NCBI GenBank assembly: GCA_028534125.1
Contig: CM052844.1
Coordinates: 682,001 to 746,000 of the forward strand
Direction of reading: 5' to 3'
Source of the DNA: Lama glama
Taxonomy: Eukaryota
Length of the DNA: 64,000 nt
Both the position numbers and the translations under genes were made by a program. Shown here in pieces: positions 23,001 to 35,046 of this stretch (positions within the stretch are counted from its first letter, which is position 1; each line of letters begins with the position of its first letter). Below the pieces are notes generated by a model that was not told the DNA's origin, ran no database searches, and saw only the letters and a list, made by a program, of their open reading frames with translations.

Positions 23001-25787
23001 TCACCCTTAAAATACATTTTTACAACAAGGTAACTTTGGAACTTTAAAATCATTATTACTTTTTCTCATTCTCCATACATTTCATTCCTGCAATGAGGTC
23101 TGGACAGCACTAAAGCATTTTTGGAAAGCTATCTTTTCACTGCTTGCCTCAAAGACCAAAGCCTGAAAAATAAATCATATTTCTTAAGAAAGAGTCTATT
23201 TACTGTAAGTTGAAGTCGCTGTGAATCTCTGCCTCACCCATATTATACTCAAAACTGCACACAGAATATTTGTTTTTCACGGCATTATCGAGAACCTCCC
23301 ATTTCACTGCCAGCATCTACTGCTTTAATTCATCCACGATGCCCAAAGTGATACAAAGGATTATTTACTTCGTTTCTGAAACATTGCAAACTAACTTAGC
23401 TCACTTGTAACTTCATGCATGGTCTGTTCATCGCCACTGCATTTAACCAAATAAAATTTTGAGAATGTCTGGTTCATGTCAGAGTAATTTAGTTTTCACA
23501 ACCATCTATCTTAAAAAAATATTGTACTTAGTTATCCTCCTAATGACGATCAGTTCGACAGAGTAATATACACACGCGCATTCCTTGAGGGAACAGAGAA
23601 CAGACTATCTTTTATGCTCCGTGAACAATCAGCTTCAGAATAATTAAATCAGAAAGAACTATTTTTTAACTAGTTTGCCTGAACTAGCCTTAAAACCATC
23701 GAGGGAACACACTGCTTGAGGAAGGCTCAGCCCCAGTCAGGCTATTTCTGGCCTGTTGCAAAATGTGATCAGGAACTGTGGTAACACTTGATCACAACTC
23801 TGGACGATCGTGGAAAACACAGCCTCGGGAAAAACTTCAATCCCATCGTGGGCGAAAAACCTCAAGGTGTTTCACCTCTAAATAAATCCGGTAACCACAA
23901 GGGGAATTCAGAAGAAAACTTGTAAATAATTTACTCCATCTTAGGTTTTCAAATGTGGGCTCTGGATCCTGCCCAGCACGCTCACATTTCTGAAGTGAAA
24001 TTAAAAATGAATAGCGCTGCCGCAGCTTGTTAATTGTTAAATACACGGGGTTTCACTCTATTAATTAAAATATGCTTTAATAGGAGGAGACAGTGCACAT
24101 TTTGATAACGACCCTGCAAAGCTGAGAAGTATTTACATTGTTGCATTTTGGGGCGGCTGTGAAAGCCGGTTTTAAGCTATTCAGGAACCACAATAATAAA
24201 GCTTTAAAATTCCTCACTGGGATGCAATGTAGTTCTTTTGAAGGAAAGACTGTCTTTCTCATTCGGCAGAAATAAATCCATTCACTTGATCATGTANNNN
24301 NNNNNNNNNNNNNNNNNNNNNNNNNNNNNNNNNNNNNNNNNNNNNNNNNNNNNNNNNNNNNNNNNNNNNNNNNNNNNNNNNNNNNNNNNNNNNNNNNNNN
24401 NNNNNNNNNNNNNNNNNNNNNNNNNNNNNNNNNNNNNNNNNNNNNNNNNNNNATCTTGGGTGACCAGGCTACGCAGATAAGGCTCCCTTACCCGCAGCGA
24501 CAAAAAGACCCTAACGAGTTCACTAATTTTATTTAATTCATTAATTCCCAGCCGCGCTACAAGTATTTTCTCCCCTTCTCCATTCCGACATGTACGTAAA
24601 TCTGCTTTTTCAAACTTTGCAACACCGCGTGAAACACGCTTTAACTCCTTTCATTTTTTGCAGTCTAATTCTCAGAGTAAAAGGATGCGTATCTGCCTCT
24701 AAACCGCGTGTAATAGGTTCATCAAAAAGTTGGCCGGTCCATTTTTTAAAGAACAAACTACTTGATGCCCGGGCTCTGGCGCAGCGGAGGGTCGCCCCGT
24801 GTCCCGCATTCGCGCGCGGCCGCCCCTCCCGCACCCTGGGGACCGGCGGGCGCGCGGGAGGCCGGGCTGGCCGGGGCGGGCGGGGGCCCTAAACTTTTCG
24901 AGGCTGGGACGCAGCCACCGCCAGCCCGCTCTACGCCAGGCTCTAACTTTTGCGGCTCCAACCTTTCCTTTTGGATGGGGAGGAAGTTCCTACCAGCCGA
25001 CCGGCCGCAGAGGTGCCGAAAGTCCAGGAAAAGGCCCCAGGAAACCGAGAGGAAGCAGAAACGTGCCGGGGTCCTACCGCGTGCAAGGACCACCCCCACG
25101 CCCGGCGCAGCTTACCCCTGGGTTAATTCCCAAGGCGGCCATTAGGAAAGGGCAGGCGACACTGACTTCCTACTCGCCTCGGAAAGGGATCGCTGGTTTG
25201 TCAGCGCGCCCGGACCTCGCGGGCTTCGCGGCCCTCAGGGCACACGAGGCGGCTGCCGGCCGGCCGGCCAGGGCGGGGGACAGCTGGGGTCAGGGCGGCG
25301 GACCCGCTCCAAGCGCGCACGGCCCCAGGCGCCGCGCGCCGAACAAAGCTGCCCGGGCAGCGGCCTCCCCGGCCCGCGTCCAGCGGTAGGTGAACCCCGG
25401 ACTTGTACCCGCCGCTGCGTTCCGCCCGGGGGTCGCCTAGGCTGGCTCCAGCGGCCGGGCAGGGAGCCCCGGGCGGGGTGGGGGGCGGCACGGACTCCTC
25501 CCGCCCCACCCCCCCAGCTCCGCGCTCCGGCCTCCGTACGGCAACGCGGGCTCCGAGCGGTTCCCGAGCCGTGGCGCCTCCGCGCACGGCTCAACTCTGG
25601 GCAGCCGAGCCAAGTTTACTTCGTCCGCAACTCCCGCGCCGCGCGCTCCGGCGAAGGACCCGGTCCCCGGGCCCGCCTGCCCGGGCCGAGCGCCGCGCCG
25701 CTGATGCTGGCTCACGGGAGCCGGGGAACTTTCCCAGCCCCCGCCGCCCCCACCGCCCATGCTTCCCCCAGAACCCCGGCCACTCNN
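14060..25787 (-). other. SALL3: SALL3 intron 1 (~11.7 kb)
   Basis: Lies between the inferred donor at the gap edge and the acceptor at 14060; no convincing ORFs; AT-rich blocks. Confidence 0.75.
21649..21686. repeat. 19-bp tandem duplication (CTGGTCAAGAAACCA core, 2 copies)
   Basis: ctggtcaagaaaccagcaa / ctggtcaagaaaccatgca. Confidence 0.8.
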
Positions 25788-26098
25788 NNNNNNNNNNNNN
25801 NNNNNNNNNNNNNNNNNNNNNNNNNNNNNNNNNNNNNNNNNNNNNNNNNNNNNNNNNNNNNNNNNNNNNNNNNNNNNNNNNNNNNNNNNNNNNNNNNNNN
25901 NNNNNNNNNNNNNNNNNNNNNNNNNNNNNNNNNNNNNNNNNNNNNNNNNNNNNNNNNNNNNNNNNNNNNNNNNNNNNNNNNNNNNNNNNNNNNNNNNNNN
26001 NNNNNNNNNNNNNNNNNNNNNNNNNNNNNNNNNNNNNNNNNNNNNNNNNNNNNNNNNNNNNNNNNNNNNNNNNNNNNNNNNNNNNNNNNNNNNNNNNN
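25786..26098 (-). CDS. SALL3: Inferred position of the coding part of SALL3 exon 1 (start codon and NuRD-binding N-terminal motif); sequence hidden in N gap
   Basis: Exon 2 starts in phase 1 without an ATG. SALL genes have a short first coding exon (MSRRKQ...), which is not visible elsewhere. The minus strand leaving the gap reads nn-GAGTGG, consistent with a GTGAGT donor at 25787-25782. The gap lies just downstream of a TATA box in the main CpG island. Confidence 0.7.
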
Positions 26099-26111
26099 AC
26101 TCGGGCGGCCT

Positions 26112-26119
26112 ATGCAAAT
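26112..26119 (+). promoter_or_regulatory. Perfect octamer motif ATGCAAAT (POU site) in the predicted 5' leader
   Basis: TATGCAAATGAG at 26111-26122 in otherwise nearly AT-free sequence; CAATTAG homeodomain core at 26133-26139. Confidence 0.55.
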
Positions 26120-26349
26120 GAGGCCGCGCTCGCAATTAGCGGCCGCGCGGCGAGGAGGGGCCGGCGCCTGCGGGACCGGGGCGCGCGGCCGGCGCCGCCT
26201 CACATCGCGGGCTCTGCGCTCTTCGGCGCCCGGTGCGGCCCGGCGGGCCGGGAGCGGCGCGGGCCGCAGCGGCCGCTCTGCCCGGGGCGCAGGCAGCAAA
26301 CTTTGGCGGCGTCCGCGCGGATCCTCTCCGCCGGCGCGCCGGGCTCGCC

Positions 26350-26357
26350 CCTTTATA
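26350..26357 (-). promoter_or_regulatory. TATA box of the SALL3 promoter (TATAAAGG); predicted TSS near 26327
   Basis: Isolated TATAAA in very GC-rich sequence, oriented toward the gene, with GGGCGG boxes just upstream (26372-26377, 26404-26409). Confidence 0.7.
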
Positions 26358-27918
26358 GAGTGTCTGCGCCACCGCCCGCGCCCCGCGCCGCGCCCCCCCG
26401 CCGCCGCCCGGCGCCCCTCCCGGAGCGGGCGGCCGCGGGCAGGGCTCCGGCCCGCGCCTTTGTCTCGCCGGGCCGCTCGGGCGCCGAGCCTCCTGCGCTC
26501 CGGGCGCGGAGGGCCGGCAGGCCGCCCGCCTTCGCTCCTCCACGGCGAGTCTCGGCGCGCCGGCCCCGCTCAGGCTCAGGTGTCCCCTCTCTCCGGACCT
26601 TCTCTCCGGGTTCGTGTCCCCTCCGCGGGGTCCCCCGGCGGTCGGCCCGGCCCGGAGGTTCGCGGCCGGAGCGGAGCGGAGTGCGCACGCCGGGGTGGCG
26701 GGACTTCGGCAAGACCAACTTTCCGGTTCGGAAGCGGCGCGGGCCGCTCGGCTCCTCCCCTCCCCTCCCCTCGATCCCCCCTCCCCTCCGCTCTCCCCCC
26801 TGCCTCCCCGCCCCCCGACCCGGGCCCCTCCGACTCCTGCGCGCCCGCCCCGCCCGCCGCCGCTACCGGGGCGGCTTCGGCCCTTCGCCCTCCCGCCGGG
26901 CCTCTCCGCCGCCAGCGGCTCTTTAAATCCTGGGGAAGGGAGGGGACGGCGGGGCCCCGGTGTCCACCGCCCCCCCGTTCCCGTTCCCGACGGGAGCTGT
27001 GCTGGGGCGCCTGGGGAGTGGACAGGGGAAGCAGGGTGCCCCGAGGCCGCGTAATTGAAAGTTCCAAGTCCACAAAAGTCCCGCGCGCGGCCCTCCGTGT
27101 TCTAGGACTTTAGGGGGTGACGTGGAGGGGGGCAGGTGAGGGGTCGGGCACGTAGGGACCGGCCCCGCATCACCGGGCAGCCGGCACTGCGCGCTCCCCG
27201 CACACGCACCCACCCTTCGCCGGTTGTCAGGCACGCGCCCTCGTACTCGCGCGCGCATCCCCACCCGCAGTCGTGCACACGCGCCCGCGCCCGCGCCCAC
27301 ACCCGCACGGGTCCTCCAACGCGAGCGGCTGCCGGGATGTGCTCCAGGCCCTGTCGCCGCCGAGCCTGCGCCTGTGCCCCTCTCCTCAGAATGTCTTTTT
27401 TCATTTCCGAAATTTATTTTTGTTCTCACAAGTGGCCCTGTCTGGTGCGAAGCTTCGCACAGATGGCCTTCTGGCGCTTCCCCCGGGGCCGTGCGCTGGG
27501 GGGGAGTAGGCGGCTACCAGACCGCCCGCCACTATCTGCCTGCGTGGCTGGGAGTGGGGCTCTGACTAACCGGGGACACCCCGCCCCGGACGGACCCCAG
27601 CCCTGCGCCTCTCGCCTGGCTCTCCGCCGGCTGCTTTTCCGTTCTAGAATCTTCCCGCTTCCCAGCCCGGGCTCTCCCGCGCGCCTCTAATTGTGTAAGT
27701 TTCACGAAGCAACAGCTTTGGGCTCCAGGAAAATCCTACAGAGGAAGGAAGCGCACAGGTTGGAATCGTCTCCAAACAGCCCCCGCTGCCACTTTTGCCC
27801 CCTCCAAATACCCCTTAAGGTTAGTTTTGTTTTGCTGTTTGGTGGCAGGCGTACTCATTTAGGTGATTTTGTTTTTGAAAAGAATGACAAAGTAAAGATG
27901 TTCAAAATCTAGTGTCGT

Positions 27919-27950
27919 CCCCCCCCCCCCGCCACACACACACACACACC
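27919..27950. repeat. Poly-C run followed by (CA)n microsatellite
   Basis: Direct inspection. Confidence 0.8.
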
Positions 27951-30900
27951 ACGGTAGCGCTTTTACAGCTAAGCTATTGGCGGGGCGGGGTGGGGGGATG
28001 CCTGCACCGCCATTTCGCTGTGAACTTTGGCAAATGCTGCAAGCATTTTGGGGACGCTCTCGCATCCGGCGCAGAGGCGCCCGGCAGTGAAAAGTTTGCA
28101 GGCAGGCTTGAGGGTGAACGGGGCCAGGAACTTTCTTGGGGAAAGAGGAGCAGAGAAGAGAGGGAGAGGAAACGGACGTGTGTTAGCTGGGGAGGGCGGC
28201 GGTAGAGAGTGGAAGTTTCTTGCAGAATTTACAGGACCAACAAGAGTTCGGGGAGTTGCAGAGCCGCAGCGGAAAGGTGACTGTTTTCCGGAAGAGAAAG
28301 AACGCGGACGATCGTCGGTGGGTCAGATCCCTAGTTAAGGGTGCATTGCCTTTTGTGACCTGCTTCATTGTCTCTTTTTTCCTTCTTCTTTTTCTTATTT
28401 TTTTAATCGACACTTTGGGGAAAAGAAGCAAATGTAGATTCTCGCCGCATCGGAAGGCAGCCCTCCCGGCTCCCCCGCAGCCTCGCGGCCTGTGGCACCG
28501 ACTCCGCCTTTTTGGGCCACTTTGCGCGCTCCAGCCCCCACTTTTCTCGCTCCTAAAGCCATTCGTCCGCCCCTCCCAGGCCCCTACTCTCTCTCCTACA
28601 CATTGGCACGATTTCATTAGGTCTTTCTGGGACTTCTAAACGCCACTGTTTAATTTCGTCGACTTGCTTTGCATTTCCTACGATGTGTGGTCGTGGGGAG
28701 GATAAAAAGTTCCTCCAGCGAAGGCGAATCTGAGACCCCGGCCCTTTATCTGTAAGAAGCGAGCCTTCAGATAGCAGAGGTGTCGCCCCAGCCGTGATGC
28801 GCTTTGTCAGTGGGAAGACCCTGCAGGCTGGGCTCGGCGCTGTGGTGGACACAGTGGCTCCCCAAGAGTGAGCGGCCGCGGAGCAGGACGCAGAGCCCGC
28901 GGGTCCGACCTGCCCGGCGTGGGGCGCGGTCCCTGGCCAGGGCACGCGGGGTGGGGCCGGCTGGGAGAAGGTGCGGGCTCCACCCCGCCCTCCGTGCTCA
29001 AGGCGCTGGGATTTCGTTGAGAAAATCGAGCAAAGACTTGGACGAAAGAGCCCGGGAGGCTGTGAAAGGGGAGCCCTACGCAAGGTCGCTGCCACTGCTG
29101 GAATGGGGATCCGTAAACCCTGTGGCGCGCCTTTTAAAAAAGTGACTTGGGTATTCGGGATCAATATATATTTTTTTAAAGTAGAGGTCGAAAACAAAAG
29201 GGGGTTACCTCCTGACTTCTCTGTTTCCCTTCTTCGCCTCCCTCCACTGAGATCTGAAACTTTTCCTTGGTTATTTTTATTCAGTGCAGCAAGTTTTAAC
29301 GTAAGCATATGCGTCTTAAGTTTGAGTCGCAACAGTAGATTTATTGCGAGTCGACAACGTGTCAACAAGAATATTTTCACAGATGAGGCACAGGATGTGT
29401 CCTGCAGTTGTGCCCAGATTAGAGGCCCTCGGGAACTGTGCTTCAGGAGTGCGGACACAGACTGGCGCACGCGGCGCACATGCCCTTACATTCACATGAC
29501 CGCTGTCTATTAAAATATTGTAACACCTAAACACTATTGCAAAAACAAAAGTTGCTTTTCTTCCCTGTTATTAAATCTAATTTGTTAATTGTCTTTCCTC
29601 TTGCAATGTTGTTTTCTCTTAAGATGCGACATGTTATTATTTTGTCTGCATAATAATATTATTTACAAATTAATACTGTATATTTTACATTAGTGGAACA
29701 TATAATTAGGTGTTTGATTAATTTGTATCATTTATGCAGATAAAATAGAAAGCCTGTCTGCAAGATTGATTTGAAAAGGGAAGGTTGAAGAGTCGGTTGT
29801 ATTTGAACAGCCCAGTCTATTGAAGCTACCTGGCCCTCCATCCACCAAAGCCAGTTTTGCATAAGGTGCATTTGACACTTTATTTACAATGTGGTTATTT
29901 CCCAAGCTACTTGGTACAAAAAAAGTATTTGAATATTCGAGCTTCATTTTGTCTCCTTTTATCCCCTCCTCCCCCCGCCTCCCGCACCATCACATTTCCT
30001 TACTGGCCTTGTCTCCTCTCTCTCTGGTTCCTCCCCCACCCTAACTTTTGTTTAGGTCCTTATGGTTAAATCCAGCCTGATTTTGTGTCTTTAATGCTGT
30101 GNNNNNNNNNNNNNNNNNNNNNNNNNNNNNNNNNNNNNNNNNNNNNNNNNNNNNNNNNNNNNNNNNNNNNNNNNNNNNNNNNNNNNNNNNNNNNNNNNNN
30201 NNNNNNNNNNNNNNNNNNNNNNNNNNNNNNNNNNNNNNNNNNNNNNNNNNNNNNNNNNNNNNNNNCACAAACAGCATGTCGGGTGCTAATTATAAAGATG
30301 TCGCTTTCTAGTACATTTGGCTGGGGTGGGGGGAGCCTGGAAAACACGTAGCCAGAAATCATATTTATGATTTTCTGAAAATGCTTTTTCTGAACCTCTA
30401 ACTCACCCACTTGAAAATAACTTCCCCATAAAAACAAAATGCTCTCCTTAAACAAACCGACACGTAGCCAACTGCCCTCCCCACTTTGCTTTCAAAGCTA
30501 TTGAGATAAATATGTCTAAATATTTTTATAGATGGGGCCACGTGTGTAGCGTGTAAATCCCTCTGGGCCCGTGTGCTCCGAAGCCTTGTCGTATGTTCAT
30601 TACAGGCCGGCTTACAACCCCACGTGTAGGCATTGCAGGCAAACATCCCATGGCTTTTTATGTCACACGCAGAGAAACATCAGCACAGAGCCATCCGTCT
30701 TCACACTCAGGGACACAAGCCATGTGAAAGTACTTCTCTTGTGACCACTGAACTGCGGAACTGGGTTCATGTGGATCCGGGAGGGGCCCTTAGCGTGTAT
30801 GATTACATAAATGACGGCTAGCTAAAACTTTGGCTCCCTGGCCTATGGGGAGGCTCAAACGATTATTATTAGCTTGCATTATTAGATGCAGGCCTCAAAA

Positions 30901-31449
30901 GGCGAAGCCAGCTATTGATAATTGCAAGAAGTATACAGCGGCTACTGTATCGATCGCTTGTCCCTATTCCCCTGGTATGGNNNNNNNNNNNNNNNNNNNN
31001 NNNNNNNNNNNNNNNNNNNNNNNNNNNNNNNNNNNNNNNNNNNNNNNNNNNNNNNNNNNNNNNNNNNNNNNNNNNNNNNNNNNNNNNNNNNNNNNNNNNN
31101 NNNNNNNNNNNNNNNNNNNNNNNNNNNNNNNNNNNNNNNNNNNNAACTGTCCACTTGGCCATCATCATCATCAATATCATCACAAAGCCTCCAGAATAAA
31201 GATCAGCCCAGCCTGGAGACGCTCTCTGTAATCTGCCCAGCTAATCTTTATTTGCTGATGATGAAAAGCAGAAGGGCGGTGGGCAAAAGGGAGACTGAGC
31301 AAAATGTCATTTGGACGAACACTGTATTTATATGTGCACACACATTAGGCTGAGACCAGGCGGCCTCTCCTAAGAACACGCGGGCAGCGTGACCACCCTC
31401 CTCAGTACGCCGCCCGCCCACCTGCCCTGGGGGAATCGGGGACCCGGGA

Positions 31450-32240
31450 GGCTTGGGGGTGGGGGGTGGGGAGATGGAAAGGGCTCTGCGCTCGCTGTCC
31501 GCTGTGAGACACAGAATGAGACCCTCGGCCTCCTGCTCGTTTGAAATCAATGTCATGCGTCCTTGGCGCTCGGCCCGCTGCGCTCCCGGGAGCGCGGGCG
31601 GAGAGGGGCGCACGCCGGGTGGGCTAGCCGGCGTGGAGGGGCCCGCGCTGCCCAGAGGCGCACTTCAAAGGCTGCCGGGGCAATTCGTGTGCATTTCCCC
31701 AATTAAGGGCATTTCCTGCCTGCCCCCCTCCCCCGCCCGCCCCGCCCCCCGCGCCAGCCCGGCTGCCCGGACGCGGGGACGAGCCGCCGCGAGCGAGCCC
31801 GGCGCTGTGCGAGTGCGCGTGTGTCCGCGCGTGGGCGCCCGCGGGGTCCCCGGGCCGGGGGGGCGCCCTGCACGCCTGGGCCCCGACGAGACAGTTTTGG
31901 GCGCGTGTTGGGAGGTGAGGGGCTTGGGGTGCGGTGGAGGACCCAGGGAGGACGCGGGCAGAAGCCCCTGGAAGCTTCTCTGCCGGTGTCGTCCCTACAG
32001 GCCCTTGGCTTCCAGGGCCGCTGTCTTCAGGGTCTCCCTGCAGTGGGCTTGGGCTTGGAGGGCCTCTTCCCCTGCCCCCTGCCCCCTGCCCCGATCCCTT
32101 CTGGCCGGCACTGCTACAACCCTCAGATGTAGCGGGCCGAATGGGGGCGGGGGTGTAAAAAGTGTGGCCGCAGCGCGGGGACCGCCCTCTGCACCCCCCG
32201 CGGCTTCCTAATTAGCGCCACGGAGGGGCCTGGGGAATCG
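31450..32240. promoter_or_regulatory. Secondary CpG island ~5 kb upstream of SALL3
   Basis: Dense CpG, GC boxes at ~31731-31750, TCF/LEF motif ACTTCAAAGG at 31662-31671. Confidence 0.7.
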
Positions 32241-34969
32241 GGGGACCCCTGTAGTCCAGGCGCCACTCTGTTTGGAGGACGCAGCTCCCTGTCCCCTTCC
32301 AGCGTCAGGCCCACCTCGAGGGCCGTCCAGGGCTTGGTGGGGGGGTCCCTGCAGCTGCCCAGGCACCAGGGGTGGGGGCCTGCAAGGCGGGACGATTGGG
32401 GTGGTGGTGGTAGGGCATACGCCTGGGTGTCAGGCTGGCGGTTACTGCTCGCTCCCACCCCAGCCCCAACCCTGGGCCCTGGGCCCGTGGGGCCCTTTCC
32501 ATAGCACTGCGTGGGGTGAGACCTTGCAAGTTCAGCGCATGCCCCAGGGATCTCCCTCACCTGGTGCGGGTGGGGCGCGGGTCCCCCCAACTCCTGGCCC
32601 GCTGCACCCCGCACACGAGCAGTTGTGAGGCGCCCCAGTTGCCCTAGCTGGAGAGCACACCCAGTCTTCATAACATATCCAAAGAAGTTTTAGAAAGGCG
32701 TGCACAACTTTGATGTGACGTTCCCATCGGTCTTGGCTTTCTCATTATCACAAATATCATTTGCTTTGGCTCCAACCTCTGCAAAAGCACAGAGCTGAAA
32801 TTCTGCAGAAGCCAGCCTTGAGGAGGGCTCCCCGAGGTCTCCCAAGAGCTGTGTTGGCGACAGAGGCCATCAGTGCCGGGGCTACTCTGGTTGGGGGTGG
32901 ACATCTGCACTGTGACCTCATGCACCCAGCGTTCTCCGAATAGGCCTGTTCAGACTGAGCAAAATTTATTCAGATCTGAGTCAGTTCAGAGTCTCCTGAA
33001 AAACCAACAGCAGCAGAAGAAAGGCAACCTGAGAGCAGAGGGAGCAGCCTCCTACTCAAGCCGTGCAGTGGGTTTGACCAGCTAGATAAAAAAGCCGCCA
33101 GGTCCGACGTGTGGGCCCGGCTTGCTAGGGGCCATGCTTGGCCTGTGTGGGGGAAGCCCAGGAGGGTGCCCCTGTCCCTCTCTGAAAGCACGTTGGGCAC
33201 CTCTGCTTGCATGAGCCCCCGAGCCCTCAGCCTGCAGCCACCCAGCACCTCTGCTGCTCCTTCTGCCCTGCTGGCCACTGCTGGGAAGTCCTGCCTAGTC
33301 GTGTATCTGAGCCTCGAGCTGTGCAGTCTGACTCGCCCCGACTTCTCTGTTTGAAATCAGACAAGGGGAGATGTGCCGTGAAGGGATGTGCCTCCTGCCC
33401 TTTGGGGGGATACTGTCCCCCAAGGTCCATGATTTTCTTGGATTCAGAAAGTTCAAAGATAAAAGGACTCTTGTCTAAAAATGTTGGTCAGTGGGTGGAA
33501 GGTGGCTTTCCCTGAAGTCTGGAGATGTCTGCCTGCCCCAGACAGGTGCTCTGCTTTAAGAAGCCCTACTGCACTAGCATTCATAAAAGAGAATTTTGAA
33601 GGGGCCTTCACTCTCTTTACAAAGGGGTCTTCACTTTCCTCGAGTAGAACAGCAGATCCCTCGAAAGCAGCCAGTGCTGTAGTGTACGGGGGACTAGTCG
33701 GCCTGCACAGCGACGCCTCCGTTTCATAAAACCAGGCTCCCCCATGTCACTGAAGGAAACAGTGGCTCTTCAGGAGGGCGGACGTTTTTGTTGGAGCCCT
33801 TCAGTGAGACGCTGCCCGCCTGCGGTTCTGCTGTGCCTCGGGCCTCTCACCAGGAAGGGGCAGAGCTGCCCCAGCCCCGCAGCCCCAGGGCAGGCCATGG
33901 GTCTGTCTTGGACAGCAGTGGCATTGGGCCCTGGCAGAGCTGGTGAAGCAAAGCCATCCTCAGAGGCCGAGAGGTAAAATGATTGGCGGGAAGAGGGGAT
34001 CTGGGCATGTGAGGAGGCAAACAGTGATGCGGGTATTAAGGGCAGTTGTGCCCAATAGGGGATGCTCATTGACACGCGGGAGCTGCCACTATAGGGAACA
34101 GAATGGAAGAGAAATCTGAGGCCCCAGAAGCTGGGATAGGAGGGGTGGTGAGCTGGAGACCAGAGAGAGGGTGGAGGTGTAAGGGGGGCTAGCACGGATG
34201 TGCAGGAGAGAGGCGGGAGTGGGTGGTGAAGTGACGGGCACCAGGCCCCAGAGCCTGGAGGCGGCTGGGGCTTCGCAGGAGCACGTCTGCACTGTTTGCC
34301 GTGTGATGTGATGGGAGACCCACCCGCGTCTCCGCCACCACAGCGTCCACACCACAGAGATGCCTTTGCAAGGCCCCTCTCGCTCTAGGTCCTGTCCTCT
34401 GACAGAAAGACACCCCAGACCACGGTGTTTGTGAATATGGCTCTGAAGGTGTCTGGTCAACAGAATGACCCTGGGACCATTTCTATGTTTTGGTGAGTTT
34501 GAAGAAAAGAAACCATACTTGCTCTAATATTTGGAGCACATGCTTCTGTGATCCCTTAAGATCACGGTCCTTGCCTTGCGATTTAGCTCTGGTTGGATTT
34601 CATTTTAAATTATTCTCAAGTTCACTTCACAGCCAGCTTTTGTGCACCCAGACCAGAAGGCTCCTGGTCCATCTTCTCCAGCAGACCTCAGGGCCCTAAG
34701 TGCCTCTTTGAGCCCTGCGGTGGGAGGCTGCACGCCGCCAGGGTGGGCGGGAGTGACCGTAGGTGAACACACACACATGCATGCCCTTTGGTTAAATTTC
34801 TTACCCTGTCTCCTGCTGGGTTTCCTGGGGGCACGCAGTCCATCCTCTGCTCCCTCCAAGCCCCTCCGTCCCCAGGGTGCGTGTGCTGAGCCCCTGTGTG
34901 GCCAGGCATCCTGCAGGACCCCTCACCTCTAATCTTTAATTTCCTCAATTTGGCCAACTGCTGTACATT

Positions 34970-35046
34970 ACCAACCCGTTTTACAGATGCACTGGTGTAG
35001 ATTCAGGGTGTTAATGACATGCCCAAGGTCACTTTGTTTGTTAGTA
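34970..35046 (+). mobile_element. MIR SINE core remnant
   Basis: cccgttttacagatg...gttaatgacatgcccaaggtcac resembles the MIR core (CCCATTTTACAGATGAGG...TTAAGTGACTTGCCCAAGGTCAC). Confidence 0.6.

Larger units (their letters stand above)
24770..27690. promoter_or_regulatory. SALL3 promoter CpG island
   Basis: About 2.9 kb of very high GC and dense CpG spanning the TATA box, 5' leader, exon 1 gap and start of intron 1. Confidence 0.9.

Noticed and set aside
25403-27113. 507-aa and 469-aa ORFs over the promoter
   Set aside because: They span an N gap and are Arg/Pro/Gly/Ala low-complexity translations of a CpG island.
28553-29479. 308-aa minus-strand ORF upstream of the promoter
   Set aside because: No recognisable domain, non-ATG start, heterogeneous composition.
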